Shown: positions 30,956-45,100 of the stretch, in pieces | Layout: each line of letters starts with the position of its first letter | Position numbering within the stretch: position 1 is the stretch's first letter | Assembly: GCF_009914755.1 (NCBI RefSeq) | Contig: NC_060925.1 | Direction: 5' to 3' (one strand) | From: the human T2T-CHM13v2.0 reference genome, Homo sapiens | Length of the DNA stretch: 64,000 bases | Notes under the pieces: model-generated | Database searches by the model: none | What the model saw: the letters and a program-made list of their open reading frames with translations, nothing else | What the model was told of the DNA's origin: nothing | Made by a program: the position numbers and the translations under genes

Positions 30956-33900
30956 TTTAAACAAGAAATGATCCAAAAAAGAATGATTTTTTAGCATCAC
31001 ATACTTACCATTTCTATACTAAATACTAGGTAAGAAAGAATCAGAATGGTTTCTACTCATCTTAGACACGTCCTTTCCATTTTGATGCATGATTAAAAAA
31101 TAAATAAAGAGAAAAAATGGGAGAACTTGAGAGGAGAGGGCACACATTTTTGTGGGGGCAGTTTATAAGCTTGGAAAATGTTGACATCTTAGCAGCTTCA
31201 AATAAATAGAAAGCAATGCCCCATTTCCCTCTCCTCATCCTTCCTGCCCTGTGCCCTCCCCCAATGCCTTCCTGCTCCCTCAAGCGCCCACCATTGAGTC
31301 CAAAGAGAGTTGCCTCTCTAGATCCTCAATACACTCTTGAGATTCACCATGAAAGTGCATCAAAAAGTATTTTATCATGAGATCTGGAAATAATTTTCTA
31401 AAGAATGTATAATACTGTATGTGTATCATGTAAAATCACAGCCATAGAAACTGTTACTTTGGAAAAATAAGCTGTATATCTAAATATGATCTGCTCTTTT
31501 TAAAATTTTTTCTAGTAATAATGCTTGTTACTTGCTCATTTATTTTGTAAAGCAGATAATTATGACACCAAAGATTTAAGCAAAACTAATGAAAGTATAA
31601 TTTTGAACTAAGATATTCTTTCTGTTTGACTTTCATCTGCAAATTAGGAAAGGTCATCATTATTTAATTATGTCAGTGATCAACCTCATGGATCATTGCC
31701 ACAGAAAGCAAGAGGAGCTCACTGTGATCTTAACGCCTCAGGACACATGGTGTTCTGCTAATATACATTAGTAGATGCTATAGGACAAAAGGCTTTCATA
31801 ATCAAATGAGATTGGAAAATGCTAGGTTAAAGAAAGTTAAATACATTTATTTACCACAGGGATACTGTGCAACTTTAGTATGCTAATTTTCAATATGAAT
31901 TTGCAAAAAGAGGCAGTGACCATAGAATCCTTTGTTCATGGAGCATATTTTTTAAACTGGAAGTCACATAGGTAAATTTTCTCTAATCACATCAGAATGT
32001 GACTATTGGAGGAAAAAAGAACACTCTAATTTCCTATTACAACTTGTCATATCACATTACACCTAAATTCATCTGAGAGAAACAGAATTTTAGGAAGTTA
32101 AGCATGAGAAAACCATAGCAACATTATTTATTTACTCATTTATTTTCTCTTATGTCAATATGTATTGTTGGAGTTCAATAAGCAAATAATAAGATTTGCC
32201 ACCAGAGAATAAAGAAGCAGTAGCTATGAAGCGTTGGAAGAGAAGAAATCAGCCATGGGCAATAGATCCAATTTACTATGCAGAAAGCATGAGGTATGTG
32301 AAAAACGGAGTGTATGTATGTAAATACATGTACGTAAGTGTATAAATATAAAAGTATATACGTATGTAAGTATATAAGAATAATAATCTAAGAAGAACTG
32401 AGTGAGAATGGCCAGCTGAAAGAAAATTCTTAGCTTACACTTGGGGAAACACAGGTAAATATTTCTAGTAGGAGAGGAGGAGAGTGACCTCTTGTGTTCA
32501 GGACCTCCCTTATTTCACTTCAGTATCCTCCTCTTCCAGAACTTCACACAATGTCATTCCTATATGTAAGGTGATCAAACATTAGAATGCATCGGTAAAG
32601 GTTATTTTTCTAATTTTGACTATTCACAAAGAAGTTCCACTAAGATTAAATCTAGTATAGTTCCATAGTTCTATCAGTTAGGCTTATGTTTTTCTACAAG
32701 TGCTAAAAGCTTAACATAGCAGATTAGAAATTTATTTATCTCAGGTGAATGAAGTCCAGACTGAGCAAGTTTGGACAAGGATGAGCAAAGTTGAGCAAGG
32801 CTGGCAAGTCAGTTTCATGATCATTAAGGCCCTTAGCACAGGGCTTCCACCTCATTATCCAGGCCGCAATTTTGTCTGTCTGCTGCAGCCAACAGAAAAA
32901 AAGATAGAGGAAAAGGAAAACAAAGCAAGGAGGCGTCCAAGAATTTACACATGAGCCATGGTCACGAGGCTTATTCCAAGCAGTCATATACTCAGCTAAA
33001 CACTGGGGACTCTATAATATAGAAGAAGGAGAAAACACCACAGTAGTTAATAAATCTTCATTAAAGAAGGTAAAACTATATGAAAAACTGCAAGAGAATG
33101 GCCAGCTAGAAGAAAATGCTTAGCTCGCATCTTGGGAAGTGCAGTCAAATGATTTTAGTAGGGACATCTGAATATCTCAAAAACACCATTCAAAGAAAGA
33201 AATTTCACTGCCTTTCTCATCTCTCTGCTTTCTTACCCTCTTCAACCCAAGTTAGGGAGTGCAGAGGAATCAAATAAGAAAAAGAAGACAAACATACCTC
33301 ACCCACTTCTGGAGGCTGCCTGACTGCAGCCATGCCTACTTTGGACAAGGAAAATGTAATTTTGAGTGAAATACATTGTGTTATTATACAAAAAGGGACT
33401 GTTATAATTATTAAATTGTGATTATTCTGCTATGTACAGTGACTATAGGGCTTTTTATTAGCAACAAGAAATCAGAAATGTCATAGGTGTGCCTGACATT
33501 TGTCCAGGAACAGGACAAAGGCTTTCCTACTTAATAACGTTTACAAGTATAGGGAGAAATAAAAGTAAAAAGCACTTGTGATTATATCCTGTGAGTATTG
33601 CTTGTACAAAGTGATGGCTACAATAAACCCCTCAGGCTTTTCCTGAAGTTATTAAAAAAAAAAAAAAAAAGAATGAAAGAAAGCCATAGAGAACAAGGCA
33701 TAGAGCGGCACTAAATAAATTTAGTGTCTTTCTCTTGATTCACCGAAAAAATATTTATTAAATTCATACTATTTGCTAGTTGTGGTTTATACAAGACATA
33801 CAATGGGAAAAATCATAGGAAATAGTACAAATGGATATTTTAAACTCATATCTCATGAGATATGAGAATCCGAATTATTTGACTCACTAACCCCTGAGGG

Positions 33901-35394
33901 CAGCTGCTGAAATTTCAGACGCAATTCCCAGGAGAGACGCCAGCAAACTTAAGGCTTGGAATTTTAACCCCATTTTACTGACAGAGGCATCACTATAACA
34001 TGCCTTTTGAGTTTTGTGAACTCATTTAGTTATTTTTCTGTTGAAAGCTGATTCCAACCTAAATGAGTCCACACACTATACAGATGTGATACAGAGGATC
34101 TGAAACCTTCTCCTGAGGGTACTAGGCTGGAGAGAGGCCACTTTCCATTGTGTCATGTAAGTGTGCAAATTTCAGTTTTCTCTGTTAACACCTTGAATTC
34201 CGCACTAACACTGAATTTCCTTTCTGCTCCCCTAGTTGTAATCTCTAATATGATGCCTGCAAGTTTTATCTTGAGTGACACCTAGTGGTTTCATGTTGTA
34301 ATGAGAACACGGAGGAGGCTTGGAAGCTCTGGCTAGCAGGCCAGAGGGGTGAGGTTTGAGCTTGTTTTGCATCTTTACCCTGGTCAAATAGTCATGTGAG
34401 AAAAATGATTTAGGGATCACGGCAATTCAGACTGTCCCACTTCTTACTTGTAAAACGGAATTTATATTTGTGCTCGCCCTTCGTTGCTGGAATGTTAAAA
34501 ATCTCTGGAAGAGAGGTGCTATGTTCTTTCAAGTGGCTATGATTATAAAGCAGTTTCCTTCCCTTCTTTGGAAACTGTGGAGGTGTTACAAACCAACACT
34601 GAGGGGGAAAGAAGAGAAACAATGTCCAAAGTTCTCATTCCCTGGCCAGAGCAGAGAAAACTGTGGAGATTTTTAGATAGTAAGAAGCCAATGATTCATA
34701 TTTTTTTGTCTGGTTTGAACTTGTGCTTATTTAAAAGCAAAATGAAAACCAGAATTTCACATTCCAGATTTGAAACCCATTTCAAAATCGTTATATAACA
34801 GACTTGATTGTGGTTCAGCAGTTATTTATCTTACTCTTGTCTTTTGTTTTCTCTCCACTCATAGATTATAAAATATTGAATTGGATAGAGTCAAAGGAAT
34901 TCCCAGAGAACAGACAGAACTAATTCATTATGACTTTCTTCTTAAATTTTAAATTCAGAAAAGCACAGAAAATAATATAGCAAATTTTCATGCGTCGAGA
35001 TTTTCTTTAATAAAAAAAGAAAATATTATGGAAAAAGTTTATCTGATTTTTTTCTTCATTCTAGTTTTATTCACGATCACTATGATGCATGTGGTATTTA
35101 TCCTCCTATCCAATTGTTTTAGAAAATTTACTTCATATCAAAAATAGTGTTTTGCACCCAACAAAAATATAGTTCAGTGTGTTATTATATGATAAGTGTC
35201 ATACCATACATATCATTCTGCAATTTTTTCATAATTTTTTATAGCTATCCATGTTTAGATATACAATCTTAGTCCATTATTTTAATTGCTATTTCCATTG
35301 TATGAAGAGATCACAATTTGTTTAATATTAGAAATTTTTTTTCTATCAAAACAAAACAGTGAAAGCATTTTTAGAATGGTGGGGCAAGGACTTC

Positions 35395-37445
35395 TGCTGT
35401 ACAGAAAGCATGGCTGCAGAGGCCTCAGGAAACTTTCATTCATGGCAGGAGGGGAAGCAGGCCCATCTTACATAGCTGGAGCAGGAAGAAGAGAGAGAAA
35501 AGAGAGAGAAGGGGAAGGTGCTATCCACTTTCAAACAACCAGATCTCATGAGAACTCACTCACTATCATGAGAACAGCAAGGGGGAAAATCCATCCCAAT
35601 GACCCAATCACCTCCCACCATACCCCTCCTCCAACATTGGGAATTACAATTTGTCATGAGATTTGGGTGGGAACACAAATCCAAACCATATCAGTCTGCC
35701 CTTAGCCCCTCCCAAATCTCATGTCCTTCTCACACTGCAAAATACAATCAACTCTTCTCAACAGTTCTCCAAAGTCTTAACTGATTTCAACATTAACTAA
35801 AAAGTCCAAAGTCTCATCTGAGACAAGTCTAGTGCCTTCTATGAGCCTGAAAAATCAAAAACAGTAAGTTAGTAACTTCCAAGTTAGAAAAACAGTAAGT
35901 TAGTAACTTCCAAGATACAATGATGGTACAGGCAATAGGGAAATATTCCCTTTCCAAAAGGGAGAGATCGGCCAACACGAAGGGGCTACAGGTGCCATGC
36001 AAGTCTGAAACCCAGCAGGGCAGTCTTTAAATATTAAAGCTCCAGAATAATCTCCTTTGACTCCATGTCTCAAATCCAGACAACAATGATGCAAGGGGTG
36101 GACTCCCAAGGCCTTGGGCAGCTTCGCCCCTGTGGTTCTGCAAGGTATTGCCCCCGTGGCTGCCTTCTCAAGTTTGTATTGAGTGCCTGCAGCTTTTCCA
36201 GGTGCACAGTACAAGCTGTTGGTGGATCTACCATTCTGAGGTCTGGAGGACAGTGGCCCTCTTCTCACAGCTCCACTAGGCAGTGCCCCAGTGAGGACTC
36301 TGTGTGAAGGCTCCAACCCCACATTTTCCCTCCACCCTGCTCTATAGAGGTTCTCCATGAGAGCTGTGCTGCCACAGCAGACTGCCGCCTGAACATCCAG
36401 GCATTTCCATATGTTATCTGAAATCTAGGCATTGGCTCCCAAGCCTTAACCCTTGTCCCCTGTGCACCTGCATGCTTAACACCATGTGGAAGCCAGCAAG
36501 GCTTATGGCTTGCATATTTTGAAACAGTGGCCTGAGATGTACCTGGGGCTGTTTTAGCCACAGTGGAAGCTGTAACAGCTGGGACACAAGAAGCAGTGTC
36601 CCAAGGGCAGTGGGGCCCCAAGCCTGGCCCTTAAAACCGTTCTTCTTTCCTAGGACTCCAGCCTGTAATGGGAGGGACTGCCCTGAAGTTCTCTCAAGTA
36701 CCTTTACGGCGGCATTTCCCTCATTGTCTTGGCTATTAACATTTGGTTTCTCTTTACTTATGCAAATTTCTGCAGCTGGCTTGAATTCCTCCCCAGAAAA
36801 TTGGTTTTTCTTTTGCACCACATGGTCAGGCTGCAAATTTTTATGCTCCGCTTCCCTTTTTAAGTTCCAGTTTCGGACCATCTCTTTGCTTAGGCATGTG
36901 GGCATATATTGTTAGAAGCAGCCAGGTCACATCTTAAATGTTTTGCTGCTTAGAAATTTCTTGCACCAAATTCCCTAAATCATCACTCTCAAGTTCAAAC
37001 TTCCCAATAAGTTCCTCATGTCCATCTGAGACCTCATCAGCCTGGCCATCTCTGCCCCACTGTCAGCAATTTGGTCAAAACCATTCAAGTCTCTAGGATG
37101 TTCCAAACTTTCTCTCATCTTTCTGTTTTCTTCTGAGCCAACCAAACTGTTCCAATCTCTGCCCATTACCCTGTTCCAAAGCTGCTTCCACATTTTCAGG
37201 TATCTTTATAGCAATGCACCACTCCTAGGTACTAATTTTCTGTAGTAGTCTGTTCTCACACTGCTTTAAATAAATATCTGAGACTGGGTAATTTATAAAG
37301 AAACAAGGTTTAACTGGCTCACTGTTCCACATGTTGTACAGAAAGCATGGCTGGGGAGGCCTCAGGAAACTTTCAATCATGGCTGAAGGGGAAGCAGGTT
37401 CATCTTACATGGCCAAAGCAGGAGGAAGACAGAGAAGAAGGGGGC
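35395..37445 (-). mobile_element. MST (MaLR) provirus: partial LTR 35395-35693, internal region 35694-37240, partial LTR 37241-37445
   Basis: LTR end ..caaatccaaaccatatca; MST/THE1-int peptides (VGLEPSHRVLTGALPSGAVRRGP); second LTR starts tgtagtagtctgttctcacactgct. Confidence 0.9.
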
Positions 37446-37491
37446 TAGAAGGAAGTCAGATGACAACAAAGAACCATAAAAAAAATTACTG

Positions 37492-37789
<298 letters not shown>

Positions 37790-37828
37790 TTACCAACTGA
37801 GAATTCTATATTTGACCAAACTATCCTT

Positions 37829-37852
37829 CAAAAAAAAAGAAAGAAAGAAGGA

Positions 37853-37900
<48 letters not shown>

Positions 37901-37940
37901 AAAGAGAAAGAAAGGAAGGAAGGGAAAGAAAGAAAGGAAA
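37829..37940. repeat. (GAAA)n/(GGAA)n purine tract
   Basis: Read directly. Confidence 0.95.
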
Positions 37941-39250
37941 AATTAAGTATTCACAAATAAAGTAAGATTGTTTTTCTAGCAGATCTGCCCTACCAGAAAT
38001 ACTGAAGATATTGTCTCACGCTGAAATAAAAGAATACTAGCTAGTCACTCAAGTCTACACAGAGAGCACACTCATAAACTACAGAGGTAGAATAAAATTA
38101 TTTGGTTTTGTTCTCCTATTATGTTTAAAAGAAAACAGCTTAAAGCAATAATTATAAAACTGGGTTGGTGGGATTATAATGTTTAAATATATGTATGTAT
38201 AACATGAATATATATAATGTGCATGGCAATAATAGCAGAAAAAATGAAGGAGGAAACCAGGTATACTGGAGCAAAACCTTTGTATGTTATTGAAACTAAA
38301 TTGATATTAATTCAAACTACATTGTTTTAGGCTAATGTTATAATTGTGACCCTAGAACAAACAAAGTTTGAAAATTCACACTTCTTGATTTCAAAACTTA
38401 CTACAAAGACACAGAAATCACCACAGTGTGCTACCAGTATAGGAAAAACATATAGATTAATGGGATAAAATTGAGTTCAGAAATAAACCATTTTAGTCAA
38501 TTCATTTTTTACAAAGATGTGGAGACAATCAGGAAAAGAATCATCTTTTTAACAAATTGTACTGAGACAAGTGAATATCCAGATGCAAAAAATAAGATAA
38601 AATTAGACCTCTACCTCACACTATATACTAAAACTAATTCAGAATGAACCAAAGACCTAAATGTAAGGCAAAAACTACAAAACTCTTAGAAAAGTTCTAA
38701 ATCTAATCTCTGTGAAGTTGGGCCAGGGAATGCAGGCAATGTCTTTTTCTTTTTTTTTAGTTATGATACCAAAAACACAAGCAATAAAAGAAAAAGAATG
38801 GCAAATTTAAATTTCACTTAAATTTAAAACTTTTGTGCTTCAAGAGACACTGTCAAGAAAATGTAAAGGCAGCCCATAGAAAAGGAGGAATATTTGCAAA
38901 TTATGTATCTGATAAGAGACTAGCATCTAGAACATATTAAAAAATCACAACTCAGTAATAAAAATCCAAACAGTCTAATCATAAAAAGTCATATATTGTA
39001 TAAATCTATTTACATAAAATGTCCAGAAGGCAGACAGAAGATTAGTGGTTGCCAGGTACTTGGGGGAGAGGGAGGGTGAATGTCTGCTAACAGGTACAGG
39101 GTTTCTTTGGAGCTTGTTCTAAATGAAAATGTTCTAAAATTAGATAGTAATGATGGTTGTATACCTCTGTAAATATATTTAAAATGATTGAATTATATAC
39201 TTTAAGATAAATTTTATGGTATGTGAATTATATTTTAATAACTCTATTAT
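37941..39250 (+). mobile_element. L1MB-type fragments (ORF1 end, ORF2, 3'UTR)
   Basis: cttcttgatttcaaaacttactacaaag..; 3' end gaaaatgttctaaaattagatagtaatgatggttg. Confidence 0.75.
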
Positions 39251-39685
39251 AAAAAGTGCTACAATAAACATCCTTCATGTCTCTCAGTGCATCAGTTGTA
39301 TACATGTTTATACACTCTATGGACCTAGAACTGGAAATTCTGGGTTGTAGATTTTCAGTTTTGCTAGAACTTGACAAGTTTCTCTACAAACTAGTTATAT
39401 CCATTTATAATCCCACCAGTCGTGTGAGAAAGTTCAACTTTCTTTTATCTTTGCCAATATTTGAAATTATCTTTTTTTAATTTTTACTTGTATTTTAGTA
39501 CTTTTTAACTTATTAGCTGGGAAATAATATTTTAATGGTTTGTATTTTCATAACTTCAAGTGAGATTAAAAATCTTTTAAAATATTTATTGGCCATTCAG
39601 TTTTCCTTTTCTGTGAATTTTCTATTCTTATCCTTTGCCCAGCTTCTACTGGACTGTTGGTCTGAAGAACTATCTTTCAGTGCTT

Positions 39686-39820
39686 GTAACATAGAAACCA
39701 GAAACTTACCCACCCCTCAATAATGACAGGTGAGCATTAGTAGCCACTTGGGCATGCCAGGACATTCTACCACATTCATTCCAGAATGGAATCTTTGAAA
39801 CATATGGTTGCCATGACGAG
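39686..39820. promoter_or_regulatory. Putative MROH9 promoter with RFX X-box-like motifs and a half-CRE
   Basis: GTAACATAGAAAC at 39686-39698; GTTGCCATGACGAG at 39807-39820 containing TGACG; lies in a short unique island just upstream of the exon-1 donor. Confidence 0.5.
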
Positions 39821-39859
39821 TGTCAACATTTCAAAGAATTTGCTTGGTTGATAACTACC

Positions 39860-39949
39860 TAGAGTATTTTACCTTTGGCTAAGAGGTAATATACTAGAGT
39901 TTCTCTTCACTACTTTGTCTCACCGTGATTACAGAGAAGTTACAAATAT
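39860..39949 (+). other. MROH9: Probable non-coding exon 1 of MROH9 (5' boundary uncertain)
   Basis: Donor TAT|GTAAGT at 39950 in a unique island ~10 kb upstream of the ATG exon, which has its own acceptor and so needs an upstream exon. Confidence 0.6.
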
Positions 39950-40075
39950 GTAAGTGAATTCCTATTAATATTTCTGTCATTCAAAAGCTTGTCTTTTTTT
40001 CTAATCCTGACTACTTTTCTTAATTTTTGTTCTGTTAAGAAAAAGAACCATGAATACATTAGAAAATTACGTTAT

Positions 40076-40379
<304 letters not shown>

Positions 40380-41070
40380 TTACATTACTATGGGCCCTCA
40401 TCCAGAAATCTTGCCAAAGTTGGCAATTGGAAGAATTTGTCTTTATTCATTAATCTCCTAACTTCATGCCTTACTAGTAAGGATTATCTTATTAGTAAGG
40501 ATGAGAGAAACCACAACTATATAGATAAATATATTTATTATAAGGTATTGGTTTACACAATAATAGAAGCTAGGAAGTCCTGGATTCTGCTTTCTGTAAG
40601 ACAGAGACCCAGGAGATCCAATGGTGCAGTTTGAAGGCCTGAGAGCAAGAGAGTTGATGATAAAAATTCCAGCCTGGTTCTGAGGATCTGAGAACCAGAG
40701 CACCGAGGGCAGCAGATTTGTGTCCCAAGTCAAGTAGTCAGGCAAAGAGAAAACTAAGCATTCTTCTGCCTTCTTGTTTTATTCAGGCCCTCAATGGATT
40801 GGAAGATGTTGACCCACATTAGGGAGTGTCATCTCCCATCATCAGAACACCAATTTAAATGCTAATCTCTTCTGGAAATACCCTCACAGACATACCCCAA
40901 AATAATGTTTACCAGATATCTGGGCATCCTATGGCTCACTCAGTTTGACACGTAATATTAACTAACCATAATGAGTTCCCACGTTGAAAATTTGGCACCC
41001 ATATACATATCCTTAAGCCATAGTTAATCTCCAAATAAAGTCAATAAGAAGCTCATAATTCCATTTAACA

Positions 41071-41562
41071 TGTTGAAATGTAGTGGGATTGATAAGGAAT
41101 CAGAGAGACCGATGGGGTTGAGAAGGATATTTATTATTTAGGTGCACCGGCCCAGTTGGATTAACCTCCAAAGGACTGAGCCCTGAACAAAGAGTTATCT
41201 TTTAATCATTTCGTGGGGTGGGGGAGATCTGTGTAGGGGGAAGCATATTACAGAAGTGAGAAACAAAGACAGTTATTCAATTAATTGAAACATGCATTAC
41301 ATCATTTCTTACTTTTCAAGGAAAAACATGTTTTATGACTTGAGTTTATCTGTCTAGTGACCTTGCAGCTGCACAGCTAGAGAAACAGGGTCTTCACAAT
41401 GCCTGGGAAAGGAGGAGAGATAAGGCTCACTAGCCACAGAAAAACAGGCAGTTAATTTTAAAGGACTCCAGCTCTTTCTCTTTCTCTGGGGAATTGGGTT
41501 TTCTTACATACAACTGAGTTTCTGCTTACACATTCTTTAATTTCTTTTAATTCCTGTTCCAA
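41071..41562 (-). mobile_element. ERV1 solo LTR (LTR15-like) nested in the ERV-L
   Basis: Reverse start tggaacaggaattaaaagaaattaaagaatgtgtaagcagaaactcagttg matches recalled LTR15; ~490 bp. Confidence 0.7.
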
Positions 41563-41850
41563 CATATGTCCTGCATACAACTGAAAATGCACTAAACCCT
41601 TCTCAGAGGAGGAGATAAAGTCCTTCAGTGATGTTTACTCTCTTCCTTGATGTCCTGTAACTTAAACACTATGATGTAACATTAACAATACTTAAATACT
41701 AGAATATGAAGTCATTGCATTTTGTATTATGTGATAAGAGAATAAGAAAAGAAAAAATATTTGGTATCTAATATATACACAAAGAAATGTATTCAGAACA
41801 AAATTAAAAGGAAATACTCATAATTATTACAGTCTTCATTTCTGCACTGA

Positions 41851-42165
<315 letters not shown>

Positions 42166-45100
42166 CATAATCAGTATTTTTAACTCCCTTTTTCTACTAC
42201 ACATTCTGTAGTTTCTTTGCCTTCAGTAAGCACCTCAGCTGCTTGTGGTTCTTTACCTGCTAAAGTGATCCATAAAGGTCTGGGTCACTAGTAGTCCTAC
42301 CTGCACTGGGTGGTTGTAGTTTTCCATTGATCTTAATCACAGGACACAGTAATACTAAGAGACACACTAAGGGATCTTTTGTATTGCAGACATACTCTTC
42401 CTTGCCTCCATTATGGAATAGTAGCCCAAGTTCTCTTTGGTAGTGTGGATCAGTCAGTCCAACCAGCACCATAACTCCCTTCTTAGCCTGTTGACTCAGA
42501 AGCACAAGGAGACCAAGGTGGCCAGGTGGCAGTCTTAACTTCCAGTTCAATGGAATTATTGTCGTGTCCCCTGATGGAAGAATTCTTCCCTCCAGAACTG
42601 AGATCTCTAAGCCAGCAGAGCATAATGCCACAAGAACAGGAAGCTAGTGGGACACTAAGGATAATAGTGAGTGGTGCAACTCTATTTTCACCCCTTGATC
42701 CCTAGACCCAGGAATCCTGGTTATAGGAGAAATAGCACTATAAATTGAACATATTCAGAGCATATTCAGTTTTCCGGAGAACCTTGCCCCAGCCCTTCCA
42801 GGTATTGACATCTAGCTGATGACGTAACTGAGTCTTCAAAAGGTCATTCCACCGTTCCATCAAACAAGTGGCTTTAGGATGGTGGGGAACATGGTAAGAC
42901 TAGTGAATTCCATGAGCATAAGCCAATTGCCCCACTTCTTTGGCTGTGAAGTGAGTTCCTTGATCAGAAGCAATGCTGTGTGGAATAACATGATGGTGGA
43001 TAAGGCATTCTATAAGTCCACAAATGGCAGTTTTGGCAGAAGCATTGCATACCTGGACGGCAAATCCATATCCAGGGTAAGTGTCTATTTCAGTAAGGAC
43101 AGAATGCTTCCTCTTCTATGATGGACGCAGTCCAATGTAGTCAAGCTGCCACCAGGTAGCTGGCTGATCACTCTGGGCCACATCAAGGACTCAGTGTTTT
43201 TCTCTGCTACTGGCATATTGGCCACTCGGTAGTGGCCACAGCTAGGTTGTCCTTGACAAATAAAAGTCCATGTTGCTGGACCCATACATAATTTACATCC
43301 CTGACACTATGGCTACTTTGCTCATGAGCCTATTGGGTGATGACACTAGTGGCTGAAGAAATAGCCTAATTGGTACCTACAGAATGGGTCATCCTATCTG
43401 CTTGATTATTAAATAATCCTCAGCAGAGATTGCCCTTTGGTGAATATTTACAGGGAACACAAATATCTTCAAACTTTTTGCTAATTCTGAGATGTCTATC
43501 CACTTATCTCTTCCTCAAATTTCTTCATCAATTTTCCAATCATGTTCCTTCCAAGTTTCTGACCATCTAGAAAAATCACTGGGCACAGCCCATGAATCAG
43601 TATATAATCACACATCTGGCTATTTCTCCTTCCAATCAAAGTAAAAAATCAGATTCAGTGCTCGAAGTTCTGCCTACAGGGAGGATTGCACTGCTTGGGG
43701 TTTTGCCCACTGGGAGTATTTCTCTTGGCCATTGTCCTTCAGAGATGTCCCAAAAGGGGGCTATAGGGATACAGTCATCCACTTTCAAGTTGTGCCTGTA
43801 TATCATGTAGAACCAACTGTAAACCAGGCTGTTTTCTTCCTCTGTCAATTGATCATAGGGAACTCCCCATGAAGCCATAGTTGCAGGCTAATAAAGAGAA
43901 GGCAGTGTAGTAGGAGGAAGGATCACTGGCTTTTGGCCATTTCTTTATGTAATTTACTTGTGCCTTCAAGACCTGCTCAGGCCTGATCACACATATATAT
44001 CACTTCCATTTGATGATGGAGTACTGCCGTGCACACCCAACTTTATGGCTTGGTGGGTTGGATAACACCCAGTTCATGATAAGCAGCTCAGATCACATGG
44101 TAACTTGGTGCCACGTGGTCAAGCATTCAGTCTCTACTAAGGCCTAGTAGCATGTCAAGGGCTGTTTCTCAAAAGAAGACTAACTATCTGCAGAGGAGAG
44201 TAAGGCTTTGCTCCAAAATCCTGGGGGCTTGCACTTCAATTCACTGCCAAAGGCTGAAAAGAGCATCATTATCTGCCACTGATGCATCAAGCACCACTGG
44301 ATCTGCTGCATCCTATTGTCCAAGTACCAGAGCAGACTGTACAACAGCCTGGACCTGTTTCAGTCTTCTTCTACTATGGGCTCCATTCAAATTAGCAGCT
44401 TTTTAGGTCACTTGGTGAATGTGCTGGAGTAACACACCCAAATGAGAAATATGTTGCCTAAAATCTGTAGGGGCCCATTGGGCATTCTGCTTCTTTTTTG
44501 GCTTTAGGAGGTACCAGATGCAACAAGTTACCTTTAACCTTAGAAGGGATATCTCAACATGCTCCACACTACTGGACCCCTAGAAATTTCACTGAGATAG
44601 AAGGCCTCTGAATTTTTGTCAGATTTATTTCCCACCCTCTGGCACACAGGTGTCCTGCCAATAAGTTTAGATATTGCTACTTCTTGTTCAGAAGATCCAA
44701 TAAGCATAATGTCACCAATATAATGAACCAGTGTAATGTTTGTGGATGGGGAAGTGATTAAGACTCCTGAAAACTAAATTATGACATACAGCTGGAGAGT
44801 TGACATGCCCCTGTGGTAGAACAGTGAAGGTGTATTGCTGGCCTTTCCAGCTGAACACAAACTGCTTCATGTACACCTTACGGAAAGGGATAGAGAAAAA
44901 AAGTATTTGCCAGAATAATAGCTGCATACCAGGTACCAGAGAATATGTCAATTTGCTCAAGCAATGAAATCACACCTGGAACAGCAACTGCATTTAGAGT
45001 TACCACCTGGTTAAGCTTATGGTAATCCACTGTCATTCTCCAAGATCTATCTTCTTCACAGTCCAAATAGATAATTTAAATGGGGATGTGGTACAAATGA

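Noticed and set aside
35900-37193. Cluster of 100-160-aa ORFs
   Set aside because: MST-int (MaLR) fossil frames, broken by stops and shifts
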